This document shows, piece after piece, positions 36,803-48,569 of a DNA stretch of 64,000 bases. Within the stretch, counting starts at the first letter, position 1. Every line of letters starts with the position of its first letter. This stretch comes from Massalongia carnosa (lineage: Eukaryota): NCBI GenBank assembly GCA_965645245.1, contig OZ287085.1, positions 620,001 through 684,000 of the forward strand, written 5' to 3'. The position numbers and the translations under genes are program-made. The notes beneath the pieces were generated by a model. It was not told the origin of the DNA and did no database searches. It saw only the letters and a program-made list of their open reading frames with translations.

Positions 36803-39800
36803 TCCTTGATCAAAATCGCGATCAAGGGCGTACAAATAAGGAGGTTGTTAGTGAGAACAGTGACACTGAAATGAAGATGATTAGGGTCTCTACTTGTGCT
36901 GTCCGCGATACTGAAAAGAAAATCGAGGGCAAGCATTTAGTTTTTAAAACTAGCATAGCTGGAATTAAAACCCGTTTACTGATCGATAATGGAAGTGAAG
37001 CTGAACTCATTGACGAATCCTTTGTGCGTAAACACAAATTGAACACCTTCAAACTGGATAAGAAGGTGAAACTTACTTTGGGAAATGGAGAGGTAGTACA
37101 GCTCCTCTCGAAGACCGCCTTGATCGACGTGAAAATTGGAGATCACGAAGAGCAAGTCTTATGTTATTTAGCAAAACTAGAAGCGTACGCAGTCATTCTA
37201 GGGGATGGATGGCTGCAAACGCACAACCCAATGATCAATTGGAAAGAGAGAACGATGAAGTTCAACTCATCTGATTGCCTCGAAAAGGGATGTCTTACAC
37301 GAGGGATAAGTTGCACCGAATTCGCTGTGGGAGGCAGGGTTAAGAATAGGACCGAGCCTAAAGAAGATATCGAAGTTCTCCCAGTCAACGCAAAACACTT
37401 CTTTCGAATGGTCAGAAAGAAGGATCACGAGGGTTACCTATGGGTTCCTCGAGAAACAAAGAAGGCCTTATGCGCAACTATCACCGGAGCAGTGACATCG
37501 GGAGATTACGACAAGTTCATGAAGGGAAAACCGGAATACACCCGAGAGGAGTTGTTGAAGAGAGTCCCAGCAGCTTATCACAGCGTAATAGATGTCTTCA
37601 TGAAGCACAAGGCAGACGAACTGCCCGAACATCGAAAGGAGGATCACCAGATAATCCTCGAAGCAGGAAAAGAGGCTCCGTACGTGAGGAACTACAAGCC
37701 CATGTCAGAACAAGAACTGGAAGCAGTTAAAAAATACATCGATGAACATCTGGAAAAAGGTTTCATCCGTCCTAGCTCTTCAAGCGCAGCAGCCCCCGTT
37801 CTTCTAGTTAGGAAACCAGGGGGTGGCCTAAGATTCTGCGTAGATTATAGAGCCTTGAACTCCATCACCATCAAGAACAGGTATCCAATACCGTTGATAA
37901 ATGAGACATTGGGAAAACTGTCGCAAGCCAAGAAGTTCACGAAACTGGATGTGATTAGCGCGTTCAATCGTATGAGAATGAAAGAAGGCCATGAGTGGCT
38001 CACAGCTTTCAATACCAGATATGGTCAGTTCGAATATCTGGTGATGCCATTCGGTCTCTGCAACGCTCCAGGGACTTTTCAAAGCTTCATCAACGACACA
38101 GTCAGAGAATATTTAGACGTTTTCTGCACGGCGTATTTAGACGATGTCTTGATTTACAGCGAAAACGAAGAAGAGCATTCCGAACAAGTGTTAATAGTCC
38201 TAACTCGATTGAAAGAGAAAGGACTGCAAGTGGATATAGACAAATGCGAATTTTCCGTAACGAAGGTAAAGTATCTTGGACTGATAGTCACCACCGAGGG
38301 GATAAAAATGGACCCGGAGAAAATCGAGGCGATTCTAAAATGGGAGACCCCAGGATCCGTCAAAGACGTGCAAGCATTCTTAGGCTTTGCGAATTTTTAT
38401 CGACGATTTATATCGAGGTTTTCGCAACGAACGAGACCATTAACAGAGTTAACGAAGGGTGAACAAATAACAACTAAATCAGGAAAGAAACGAACCAAGT
38501 ATAACTCGTTCGTTTGGTCCGAAGATTGTCAGAAAGCCTTCGAAGATTTAAAGAATGCATTCACCACCGCTCCCGTTTTAGCACATTACGACCCGGCCCT
38601 GGAAACGTGGGTCGAGACTGACTCTTCAGATTTCGTTAGCGCCGGAGTACTCTCTCAAATGCACGACGGAGTACTGAAACCAGTGGCTTATTTCTCCAAA
38701 AAGATGACCCCTGCCGAGTGTAACTATATGATTTACGATAAGGAGCTCCTCGCAATTGTAAAGAGCTTCGAAGTCTGGCGTCCCGAAGTTGCAAGTGCTG
38801 CTCCTGACAAACCCGTTAAAGTATACACCGATCACAAGAATTTGGAGCATTTTATGACGACAAAGCAGCTAAACAGAAGACAAGCCAGATGGGCTGAATT
38901 TCTTTCCGAGTTTAATTTCAAGATAATGTATCGACCGGGGAAGCAAGGAGAAAAACCGGACACGCTGACCCGACGCTCTCAAGATCTCCCGAAGGGATTC
39001 GAAGATATCAGAGAGCAACATCAATTTCAAACGTTGTTGCAGGAGCATCAACTAGATGACGATATACGAAAAGCGTTAGCGGTCGTGTTCTGCGCAAACA
39101 CGATAGACGACGATAACGATAACGATCAAGATGATCGAAGCGTAGCCACTGAGGAAGACGCAACAGAATCAGAGGAACCTAACGCAGAACATACACCAGT
39201 GACCGACGTGACCGAGAGCTCGATAACGAAGACCTTGGAAGAACTAATAGAAGAGGCTTACGAAAAGGACGAAACGGTTCAAGACATAATAGCAGCAAAG
39301 AAGAAGGAACTGAGAAAACTCCCACTGAACCTCATAAAAAGAGGGATAAAGCTAGCCATGGGGGACCTCAAATTAGAAAACGACAAGCTGTATGTCAAAG
39401 GAAGATTATACGTACCAGATCACGAGTCATTGCAATTGCATTTACTGCAAAAGCATCACGAACCACCATTACAGGGCCATCCGGGATACAAAAGTATGTA
39501 TCAAATAATGAGAGAAAATTACTTCTGGTTCGACATAAAGGAGCACTGCAAGAGATACGCCGTGAACTGCTCAGTATGTCGTAGATCAAAAGCATACAAC
39601 GACAAGAAGCAGGGACTGTTGAATCCTCTCCCCATCCCGAATAGAAAATGGATGGACGTATCATTGGACTTCGTTGAATTTCTTCCAGAATGCCGAAGAC
39701 GGAACAGAGTCTATCAGCACATATTGGTGATAGTAGATCGTTTAACGAAAAGACGATTATACGAACCACTAACATCTCTCTCTACTGACGAACTGATGGA

Positions 39801-40803
39801 CGCGATGTCCAGAAGATTATTCTCCTCTTACGGATTCCCTATATCAACAGTCAACGATCGCGGTAGTCAACTAACCGCTCACTTATGGAAAAGAGTTTGC
39901 GAAAGATACGGGGTGAGAATAAAATTCTCTTCCGCACATCACCCCGAAACAGACGGTCCAACCGAGAACGCCAACAAGGTGATGAAGAACTACCTCCGAG
40001 CGTACGTCAGTTACACACAAGACAACTGGGTGGATTATCTCTCGGACGCAGAGTTTGCCGCCAACAATCATGTAAATGTATCTACGGGAATGACCCCATT
40101 CTTCGCAGATCATGGCTTTCATCCGCGCTGTGGCATCGAACCACCAGGCACATATGAAGGAAAAGGAAGAGCGGAGATACTGCACGCTGACAAGATCATA
40201 GAACGACAGGAAGCCATGCGAACCTGGCTTCGAGATCAATTAGCCTGGGCTCAGGAAGAACAAACAAGGCATGCAAACAAAGGCCGCCAACCTCATCCCG
40301 AATACAAGGTCGGGGACATGGTTTATGTTAACGCCAAACATTTCGCTTTCGAAAGACCCAGCAGATCGTTAAGTTTCAAGAACGCAGGCCCGTGGAAGAT
40401 AATAAGAATTATCGACAATAAAGCCTACGAACTAGAGATCCCGGATCAGTTAAAGAACGTTGATCTTACTTCCATCTTTCATCCATGGAAGCTACATCTA
40501 GCACCTTCCAATCCATTCCCAGGTCAAGTCTTACCGCCCGGACCGCCCATAGCCATTGTCGAGAACGACGAAGAGGAGGCTCACGAAGAGTGGGAAGTCC
40601 TTGAAATAGTAGACTGCCGCGAAACAAGGAAATTCGGAGTGCAGTACAAAGCAACTTTCGTCGGCAACTGGGACGAATGGAATGCGAACCCTTACTGGCA
40701 ATCATGGACCGACTTCAAGAACTCCAAGGATAAAATCCTTCAATATCATCGCGAACACCCACATAAGCCGAAACCACCAGAAGACCTGACAGAAACAGGC
40801 TAG
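36790..40803 (+). CDS. pol: pol polyprotein, probably expressed by -1 frameshift
   Basis: Frame open from 36790; protease DNGS, RT YLDD, RNase H, HHCC integrase, chromodomain. Confidence 0.95.
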   Translation, partial: GKSLVLDQNRDQGRTNKEVVSENSDTEMKMIRVSTCAVRDTEKKIEGKHLVFKTSIAGIKTRLLIDNGSEAELIDESFVRKHKLNTFKLDKKVKLTLGNGEVVQLLSKTALIDVKIGDHEEQVLCYLAKLEAYAVILGDGWLQTHNPMINWKERTMKFNSSDCLEKGCLTRGISCTEFAVGGRVKNRTEPKEDIEVLPVNAKHFFRMVRKKDHEGYLWVPRETKKALCATITGAVTSGDYDKFMKGKPEYTREELLKRVPAAYHSVIDVFMKHKADELPEHRKEDHQIILEAGKEAPYVRNYKPMSEQELEAVKKYIDEHLEKGFIRPSSSSAAAPVLLVRKPGGGLRFCVDYRALNSITIKNRYPIPLINETLGKLSQAKKFTKLDVISAFNRMRMKEGHEWLTAFNTRYGQFEYLVMPFGLCNAPGTFQSFINDTVREYLDVFCTAYLDDVLIYSENEEEHSEQVLIVLTRLKEKGLQVDIDKCEFSVTKVKYLGLIVTTEGIKMDPEKIEAILKWETPGSVKDVQAFLGFANFYRRFISRFSQRTRPLTELTKGEQITTKSGKKRTKYNSFVWSEDCQKAFEDLKNAFTTAPVLAHYDPALETWVETDSSDFVSAGVLSQMHDGVLKPVAYFSKKMTPAECNYMIYDKELLAIVKSFEVWRPEVASAAPDKPVKVYTDHKNLEHFMTTKQLNRRQARWAEFLSEFNFKIMYRPGKQGEKPDTLTRRSQDLPKGFEDIREQHQFQTLLQEHQLDDDIRKALAVVFCANTIDDDNDNDQDDRSVATEEDATESEEPNAEHTPVTDVTESSITKTLEELIEEAYEKDETVQDIIAAKKKELRKLPLNLIKRGIKLAMGDLKLENDKLYVKGRLYVPDHESLQLHLLQKHHEPPLQGHPGYKSMYQIMRENYFWFDIKEHCKRYAVNCSVCRRSKAYNDKKQGLLNPLPIPNRKWMDVSLDFVEFLPECRRRNRVYQHILVIVDRLTKRRLYEPLTSLSTDELMDAMSRRLFSSYGFPISTVNDRGSQLTAHLWKRVCERYGVRIKFSSAHHPETDGPTENANKVMKNYLRAYVSYTQDNWVDYLSDAEFAANNHVNVSTGMTPFFADHGFHPRCGIEPPGTYEGKGRAEILHADKIIERQEAMRTWLRDQLAWAQEEQTRHANKGRQPHPEYKVGDMVYVNAKHFAFERPSRSLSFKNAGPWKIIRIIDNKAYELEIPDQLKNVDLTSIFHPWKLHLAPSNPFPGQVLPPGPPIAIVENDEEEAHEEWEVLEIVDCRETRKFGVQYKATFVGNWDEWNANPYWQSWTDFKNSKDKILQYHREHPHKPKPPEDLTETG

Positions 40804-41320
40804 CTGACAGGGCGCCTGCCACTTAGCGCTTCGGAGACCTCGCCCATAGAAGGGGGGGATAGTGTCAGGGTCCTAGCCTGACATAGAGATAGAAGGTTGA
40901 CCTTAGAGGTGTTCGAGGTAACCGGTTAGGCTTAGCGCCAGCCGAGATAGAAAGAGGGATCACGGGATCGCGCGAGGCTAGCGCGACACTCGACGCAGAT
41001 ATTTCTAGCGAGTCGCGCACAATAATTCTTTTCTTTCTTTGTAGATAAATTTTAGTTTAATAGCGGTTGAAAAGAATCGACGACAGCTACCTTACATTGT
41101 TCGCGTTATTCATGTTTTGATGTTCCCGAAAACTGCGCTAAATCCGTCCGTTCAATGAACCTGCGAAAACCCTCGATTCGGTTTAACGTAGTCTTAATTG
41201 GGTTTAGCATTAACAATTATCTGATCTCTTCGCAACAACAGCAACGACTACCGCTATATCTTTGCAGCCTAGCTCTTCTCCTCGAGAAATCGTTTCTCGA
41301 CTTCCCATTCCGTTACGACA

Positions 41321-44318
41321 ATGGTGTTCTCTCCGTAGACCGCATAATAAAGTGAATTCTCCGGAAAATCCTCCCGCAAAACGCGTTCGTCTAATCTTAC
41401 GACCACCGAAAACGTTCTGTTAGTCTTTTCCTGCGTCCGCCTGCTCCTCCAAGAAGTTCGATTGTATCTCCTGTCACTCTTCTATCTTTGCAGAGTTCGC
41501 CTAACAGTTCAATAACGAGTTCCGTTTCTCCCGTATCGTCGGCTTTCCACTCGCCAAGCCCGCCAAATCGAAATGATTTGCAGTTGGAAAATCCGAACAT
41601 TTGGGAAGAAATGCTGCTAAACGAAGCAGAAGCGGGTCAGTACAATCACAACCGAGCTCGCGGTTTCGTAAGGTCGAGTTTCGGACATATTTCTCCATCC
41701 ATTGCGAGTTCCAGACCTGTTTCTCCACCTGTTAATCATCGTGAGTCACGAGGAAATCGTCGAACACGTCGTCGCGACCGTACTGTTGAAGCCCTTGACC
41801 ATGCGGCTGCAAATCGTAACTTTCCTGCCGCATTTAAAAGTCAGTACACTTTAGAATCCGCAATACAACGAATTCAACACATGACAGATCATTGCAGAAA
41901 CTGCGGTGCGTGGCATTGGGAAACGGAAGCTGTTCAGAGTGACAGAAGACGAGATCGAGTATACAAATCCTGTTGCAAGCGAGGTGGTGTCGTGTTGCCA
42001 CCGTTTCAGCCTCCTCCTGATTATTTACGGCAACTGTTAATTGGTGACGATATTAGAACCCGCACATTTCGCAAAAACCTCCGAAAATTTAATTCCACGT
42101 TGACGTTCACCTCCGTAAACTACAAACCCGATCGCCGACTTCCTCGCAACGGTCGTGGACCGGTATGTTTTCAAAATCACGGAGAACTGTATCACCTGCA
42201 AGGTCCTTTGGATCCCGTTGACGATTCTCCTCGCTTTGCTCAACTGTTTTTTACGATCCCGACGAAGCAACCGCGATTCGTACTCGACAACATACAGAAT
42301 TGGATCCCGATATTTTACGACGTTTAACAGAGATGTTGCACAATATGAATCCCTTTATCAGGCTTTACAAATCCGCCAGTGAGGCTTTGCGGGAGAATGC
42401 GGCCACAACCGATGATCGTCGTGTTACGGATCCTACGGCCTTATGGAATCGATACGCAAATGATATATATGACGATTTACCGCATCCATTACGATCAATG
42501 ACTGATGTTCCTGACGATTTAATGAGTCCGCATTTAGATTACGGCCTTTATTTGTTAAACGGAGGTCTTTCGGATTTAGGAAAACGATTAGAGGATTAGA
42601 ATATGCCGCTGTTTACATACGATTGGGGTCGGAGTACTGCAAATCTGTTGATCGCAAATGAAATTGTGACGAAGCGAGAAGTAAATAGATTTCTACCATT
42701 GCGCCACCTGTCCTCCCGACCAAAAGGCACAATACTTAGTCCGCAGACCAAGCTCTATTCTACTATAACTGGGACTCCTGCTTTGTTCGCTGTAGGTCCT
42801 GCCGTCCGCACCACGCATGGTCGAACCGTTACAGAAATAACTTACGATTTCAACGAAGAAACGACGTTACGAAATGAACGATATACTCAATTGAATGCGG
42901 ATCAGAAATACTGTTTTGATACCATTGTTGCGGGAGTTAGAGATTATCCTAGAATGGCGCATTTTTTTGTTCACAGACCTGCAGGAACAGGTAAGACTTT
43001 TTTATATTAGACTCTTTGCAATGATATTCGGGCGGAGAATAAAATCGTTCTTTGCGTTGCGTCTCCCGGCATTGCGCTTTACTTCTTCCTAGCGGACAGA
43101 CTTCACATTCCCGGTTGAAAATTCCTTTGAATTTAAATGAGGACAGCATGTGTAATATCACCCGCAACACGCATTTACACTGTCTTTTGCAACGCACAGC
43201 CTTAATTATTGGGGATAAGGTGCCGATGCAACACAAACAATGCTTCATGGCCGTACATCGCACTTTTACGGACCTTTTAGGTAATGACGACCTTTCGGAG
43301 TTATTCCGATAGTGTTAGGCGGAGATATCGCTCAAATCTTGCCCGTTGTTCCCCATGGAAATCGGGAAGCCATCGTTGCGGCGAACATTCAAAACACCTT
43401 CTGTGGCCGCGATTTCAAAAACTGTTTTTGCGTCAAATCATGCGAATTCGTAATGAAGTCGCCAATGAGGCGTTTGCGGACTGGATCGGGAAAATGTCTT
43501 ATGATCCTGCTTTTTCCGGTCGTGTTCAGCTACCGGAACAAATCAATCAACTGAACAACTTAGAAAGTTTCATGGACACCGTTTTTCCTTCCGATCGCAT
43601 GCGGCAAGCTCATCTGGATGCGGATTCTTTCGCAAGTCGAGCAATTTTGACTTTGCGGAACGATATCGTCGCGGAGCTAAACGGTACAGTACTGAATAAA
43701 TTGCAGGGCGGTTCGCGCACCTTGAACTCCGTTGATCAAATAGAGAACGATACGGCGCAGGAACGAGGAGACTTTCTTCCTCCCGAGTTTTTACAACCCT
43801 TGCAAACATCGTCTATACAACCTTCACAATTGCAACTGAAACTTGGAAGCCGAATCATTTTTTTGCGGAATTTGTATCCCAAACTTGGTCTCTGTAACGG
43901 CACCCGATTACGTCTTACTCACATTTCGCGGACCTATCTAGAGGGAAAGATTTTGGGATAAGAATTCAATGGTGAAACGCGATTAATTCCCCGGATTCTT
44001 CTTAATACAACGGAAGGCGAGTTGCCCTGGATCATAAGTCGCAAACAATTTCCGATACGATTGTGCTTTGCTATGACTGTCAACAAGTCGCAAGGTCAAT
44101 CACTGGACACGATAGGAGTCGATTTGCGAGCTCCTCCTTTTACTCATGGTCAGTTATATGTGGCATTATCTCGAGTTATGGATATGTCTCGATTTTGTAT
44201 GTTGTTTCCGGAACGAAATAAGTGGAAAACGGATAACATTGTATATCCGGAAGTAATTCTGCGATCGCAACATGACATGATAACTCATGTTCCTCCGAAT
44301 CCTGCTGTAAGTTTATGA
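41321..44318 (+). pseudogene. Helitron RepHel: N-terminal Zn region joined to a PIF1-like helicase
   Basis: CRNC...SCCKRG; deletion junction near 42420; PAGTGKT, CNGTRL, FAMTVNKSQGQ, HGQLYVALSR. Confidence 0.9.
42665..42833. mobile_element. Solo LTR (169 bp)
   Basis: TG..CA, perfect TSD GAAAT, inverted relative of 929-1098. Confidence 0.9.
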
Positions 44319-45622
44319 TGATATAGGGTATCATATCACTTAGATAATGTATTCAATTGCAAAATAGAGAGCAAGTTTATTGTGTTTTCAAAAATTTATC
44401 GTCCGGGTCATCAAGTGTGACATTTTCCGCTAATTTCGCAAGTCGTAAGTTTTAGAAAATTTAAGAAAAGTTTTCAATTTTTCGATTTCAATCCTGAAAT
44501 TAAATAGATAATTTGTATTGCATACGTGGTTTTAAATTTACAACCTTTTACGAATTGTATCGATAGTAAAAACTTGAAACCAACTCCAAAATCTCAGTTC
44601 TGAGATGGCACGGTCTCGTCATCGAAGACGGACCCTTTTCGAAGAGGCAGAAAAGTTTATATCGCAGCAACAAAAGACGAAGCATGCTCGGTCGCCTCTA
44701 CACGGAACTTGTTTACCTGGTTCCCGAAATCAGCATCGTCCCCGCTGTTCCAGGTTCAAAACAAGGCCTTCACCCGCGATTACTTGGAGCAGGCCCAGCG
44801 AAAGGGTCTCCAGGCGATTGGAGTTCGAGGTAATTACTCGGGTCATTCGTTTCGACGTGGGGCAGCAACAACGGCCAAGGACTCGGGCTTGCTGGAAGAA
44901 GACATTCAAACCTTGGGCCGATGGAAATCGGACTCGTATCAGCTATACATCCAAAAACACCCGGACCAGCTAATAGCGACTTCCCTTTGTTTTCAACGAC
45001 CCCCCCCGGTCACGTTTCAAACAGCACCAACATAGGTGGGCCATTCTGCTTGGGGTTTGGGAGTTTTCCACTCACCGCTGCTATAATAAAGCCATTATAA
45101 GCGCGGCCCTCAGCAAAACCGAGCGCCAGCATGGCAGCAGCGAGGGGGAGTTGCCCAAACATAGATTGTAATTATATGATGTTCTGACGACACGATAGAG
45201 CCCGCGAATTACATTATGCTTGTAGAAGAAGAAAAAATAAAAAATGAAGAGCTGTATAAAAAGTGAGAAATTATTCACATTTTTCTTCACGAAATTTCAC
45301 TGAAATTTATTACACTGATCTATAATTCATCAATTTTATTGAAGATATGATTCAACGGACATGAACAAAGTTTCTGAATGCAACACTTGAATCGCACATG
45401 TGCGAGATTTTGAAGACAAAAGCATTAATCATGATCGAAATATCAAAGAACGTGTAACAGAAGACCCGACGAGAATTAGATTGAGAATAGATATAAATTA
45501 TAATCAACGCGACAGCAAGTTCATAAGAACATAAGTCTAAGGAAGAGAATACAGTCAAAACAGTTTTCTGCAAGACATGAAGCGATTGTACACTTCGTGC
45601 AGAAAATGCGCGACAAGACACT

Positions 45623-45911
45623 TGTCAGGTCACGCACGTCCTGACATAAGCGAATCGGTAGTTTTAACCGATCTCTGATCTCCGACTAGGACACGGCTCG
45701 TGTTCGTATTCTTCTTTTCATTATACCAATCATCATCACTGTAATTAAATCAACGGACTCGCGACCCGAAGAAGTGGGGCTATAGGATAAAGACCTGATC
45801 GCCCACTTCTTTCGAGGGGTCAACTGATCAATTTATTGATTTACCACTCTATATTCGTACATTTATCACGAATCCATATCGTAGTCACGCTGTTAAACTT
45901 GACCCTTTACA
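45623..45911. mobile_element. Probable solo LTR
   Basis: TG...CA with near-TSD ACACT/ATACT. Confidence 0.55.
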
Positions 45912-46324
45912 ATACTCCTGCGATAATTTCAATCGATTCAATCACGTAATAGTATACCCGTTTGCAAAATAGTATGCCAAACTTTGAACACCGAAACAGC
46001 GCGGTAAAAAAAAAATAAGCGACAGAGTTAGACTACAAATCAGAATTAGTACAGTAGCTAATGACCCTCCTTATCTTCATACCATCTTTTACATCTGTAG
46101 TATAAATAATATGTAATGTTTTCATGCAGATCTTTATTCTTGTTACCTCGTAGTTTCAGAGATAATTATTCAGCGTCAACAAATGCTAGGCTACAAAGTT
46201 CAGACTGGAATCGGGTGAAGATAATAATATTATCATAACTGCTACTGATATTAGCATCAGAAAACTACGTAAGATGAGACGTAATTGAGAACGATTTATT
46301 GAGGTTATAAAACCTCAGCTTGCT

Positions 46325-46476
46325 TACGCCGCGCAACGGGTTGGGTTTTCGCCACAAAATTGCTTTTTCGCTACCGGGTTTTTCTTTCGAAACTCAACCC
46401 GGATACCGAAAATTATAGGGTTTGCCACAAACGGGTTGGGTTTTCAGTAGAGAAATCCGACCTGTTGCGCGCCGTA
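46325..46476 (+). mobile_element. MITE, 152 bp
   Basis: TIRs TACGnCGCGCAAC; perfect 8-bp TSD AGCTTGCT. Confidence 0.88.
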
Positions 46477-46728
46477 AGCTTGCTGCTGACCGGCGCAAGA
46501 AACTGAATCAACAAAAAATCGATCAACTACTCGTGTATCTGGATCTGAGACCTACCTCTTCTTAAGACGAGATTTGCTGATTTTTTTATGATAAATTCGA
46601 CGTCTTGGTAAGCGAGTCTAGGAATTCTCGAACTCTGAAGTAGATGGCCTAGAATCAAATGATTATAATTCGTTTAGAACAACAACGCAACTAATCTTTA
46701 CGTGACAAGTGGATAATTAGAATGAAAG

Positions 46729-47212
46729 TGAAACGGGGAGACTTTCTCCGTGCCGGCATTCACTACTGGAAGACGGGATCCACAGGGGCTAGCTATCGTG
46801 ATGGTCACAATAGAGGTACAAATAGGTTGTGTCGGGTCAAAGGGTAGACTAAATGCTACCATTTTGAAGTACTTGATCATTGATCTATGTAGGATAAGAC
46901 AATCTACAACCTAAGCTCTTCTTCCATAACTTGCCCATACTACCTGGTATTTTCAGACTCCGAAATACTTCGGTCTCCGAAACACTCGGGTAGATGAGAC
47001 TAGGCAGGCGAGCTAGGGGAGGTGAGGCGAGGCGAGGGGATACTTCATATACTACGATAACACCTCTATAATAAGTTAAGTCCCTACACTATGCCTAACT
47101 GGGTTAGGCGGGACCTTATTGTCTTGGTAGTTGTTTTGGCTGTACGTATCCCATAAAGCCACATAGGCCAGGCTTACGTTCAATGAACGCATACTAGGTC
47201 TACCCTATTATA
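46729..47212. mobile_element. Degenerate solo LTR
   Basis: TG...TA ends, TSD GAAAG, removal restores the transposase frame. Confidence 0.72.
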
Positions 47213-48080
47213 GAAAGGATAAAAGGCTGATCAGTTGATTTTTCTTGACAAAAGCGATGCATGAGAGCGTACTAGTCAGTCCTATTTGAAAAATTTTAGT
47301 TTCTTTGCTTATTGTTATTACTTTAGATAATCGTCGATATGAATAGGCCGTATCAGGAATTAAACCGATTATGATTAAGCCCTAAAACGTTTCAAGAGAT
47401 AGAGTATATTATAAGAACAGTTAGACTATTATCATTGGCATCTATATAGTAGCTATCTACAGTGACCCTACTACGGGGGCCGAAGTAACCTCCGGGGACC
47501 GAGAATCAGTTGACCTGCTGACACCCTACGAATGAGGGTCGCCGGAAATTCTTCAATGTGACTATTATATAATAAGTAGATAGCTCACATATAATCCACA
47601 CCTTTAATAACAATAATTCTATTATACCTACAAAGTGAAGTTATATTTTTATAGCACTGCAGGCTATAAGTAAAGATATTTTACATGATGCAGGTATATT
47701 GTTTCGATAGTCTAGTATTAAATATAATTCATAAAAACCTATTTCCACATCAGCTATTATTTTCCGTATTATCCTTCTCGTCCTCCTCGTCCTTCTGATT
47801 ATCCTCCTTATCCTCCCCCTAATTCTTTTCCTTATCCTGGTCTAGGTCCTCCATCTTCTTTTCTATATTCTCCTCGTTGCTCAAAGCCTTTTGTGTAGTC
47901 CTAGTAGTTAGCGGACGAATATTGAAGCTTAATAGAAAATTCTTTGATAGAGTTTGACCGAAGAAAAGTGATTTTGATGAAGGAGAAGTAAAAATTCTAG
48001 ATTCAGAGTCGTGCTTAGATGATTGCTGCTTCAATTTTTTAGGGAATTTGCTGAACTCATGAGTCAAACGTATGCCGATA

Positions 48081-48232
48081 TACGTCGCGTAACCGGTTGG
48101 GTTTTCGCCACAAATTTGCTTTTTCGCCACAGGTTTTTTCTTTCAAAACTCAACGCGGATACCAAAAATCATAGGGTTCGCCATAAACGGGTTAGGTTCT
48201 CAGTAGAGAAACCTGACCCGTTGCGTTGCGTG
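48081..48232 (+). mobile_element. MITE, 152 bp
   Basis: Same family; TSD TGCCGATA/TGCCGATG. Confidence 0.85.
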
Positions 48233-48569
48233 TGCCGATGACAGGTTCCATTCTTATTTTCTCTTATTTTCCCTCATAAGCAGTACCTTTTCACTGCTGA
48301 ATTGTTTGTAAATCAGAGTAAACAAAACAGGCTCGGGCTCAGACTCAGGCTCAGGTTTAGGAGCACTAGATATCTTAGAAAGACAAGGAGAAGGCGTATT
48401 ATTGCGAGTCGGACGAATATTCCTTGCTCGGAAAGAAGGAGGCGAGAAGAAGAGAAAGGCGAAGCCGATAAAGAACATAAAGATGATGATAGAAATAATC
48501 GTGATAAAAGATCATGAATACGGGCGGAAGAGGAAGATTCTATAGTCAAGTTTAAAGTGTTTAAACCTG

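Larger units (their letters stand above)
34709..41096 (+). mobile_element. Intact Ty3/gypsy chromovirus (LTRs 34709-34942, 40863-41096)
   Basis: 234-bp LTRs appear identical, TSD TTGTT, PPT AGAAGGGGGG, open gag and pol. Confidence 0.97.
34420..44618 (+). mobile_element. Helitron (RepHel-derived, Rep domain deleted) containing a gypsy element and a solo LTR
   Basis: TC start, 3' hairpin plus CTCG|T, PIF1-like helicase motifs. Confidence 0.9.
31760..45035 (+). pseudogene. Tyrosine recombinase in three pieces (31760-32333, 32787-32842, 44619-45035)
   Basis: FAAFLRAEE, LP|SSKTDPFRRG across the Helitron, GHSFRRGAAT, GRWKSDSYQLY. Confidence 0.88.
28584..45212 (+). mobile_element. Tyrosine-recombinase retrotransposon (Ngaro/DIRS group) carrying nested insertions
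   Basis: gag-like Cys/His finger, RT, RNase H and YR in order; YR frame rejoins exactly across the inserts; right end ...CGAATTAC defined by the mini copy; left end approximate. Confidence 0.85.
46260..47280 (+). pseudogene. IS630/Tc1-like transposase relic split by a MITE and a solo LTR
   Basis: LDLRPT..DEIC.FFYDKF, then MKG*KADQLIFLD after removing the LTR. Confidence 0.6.

Noticed and set aside
31760..45035. Starship captain recombinase
   Set aside because: The YR follows gag-RT-RNase H and has retroelement-type motifs; no DUF3435-like large ORF is present
47420..47620. Possible decayed solo LTR
   Set aside because: Ends and TSD could not be fixed
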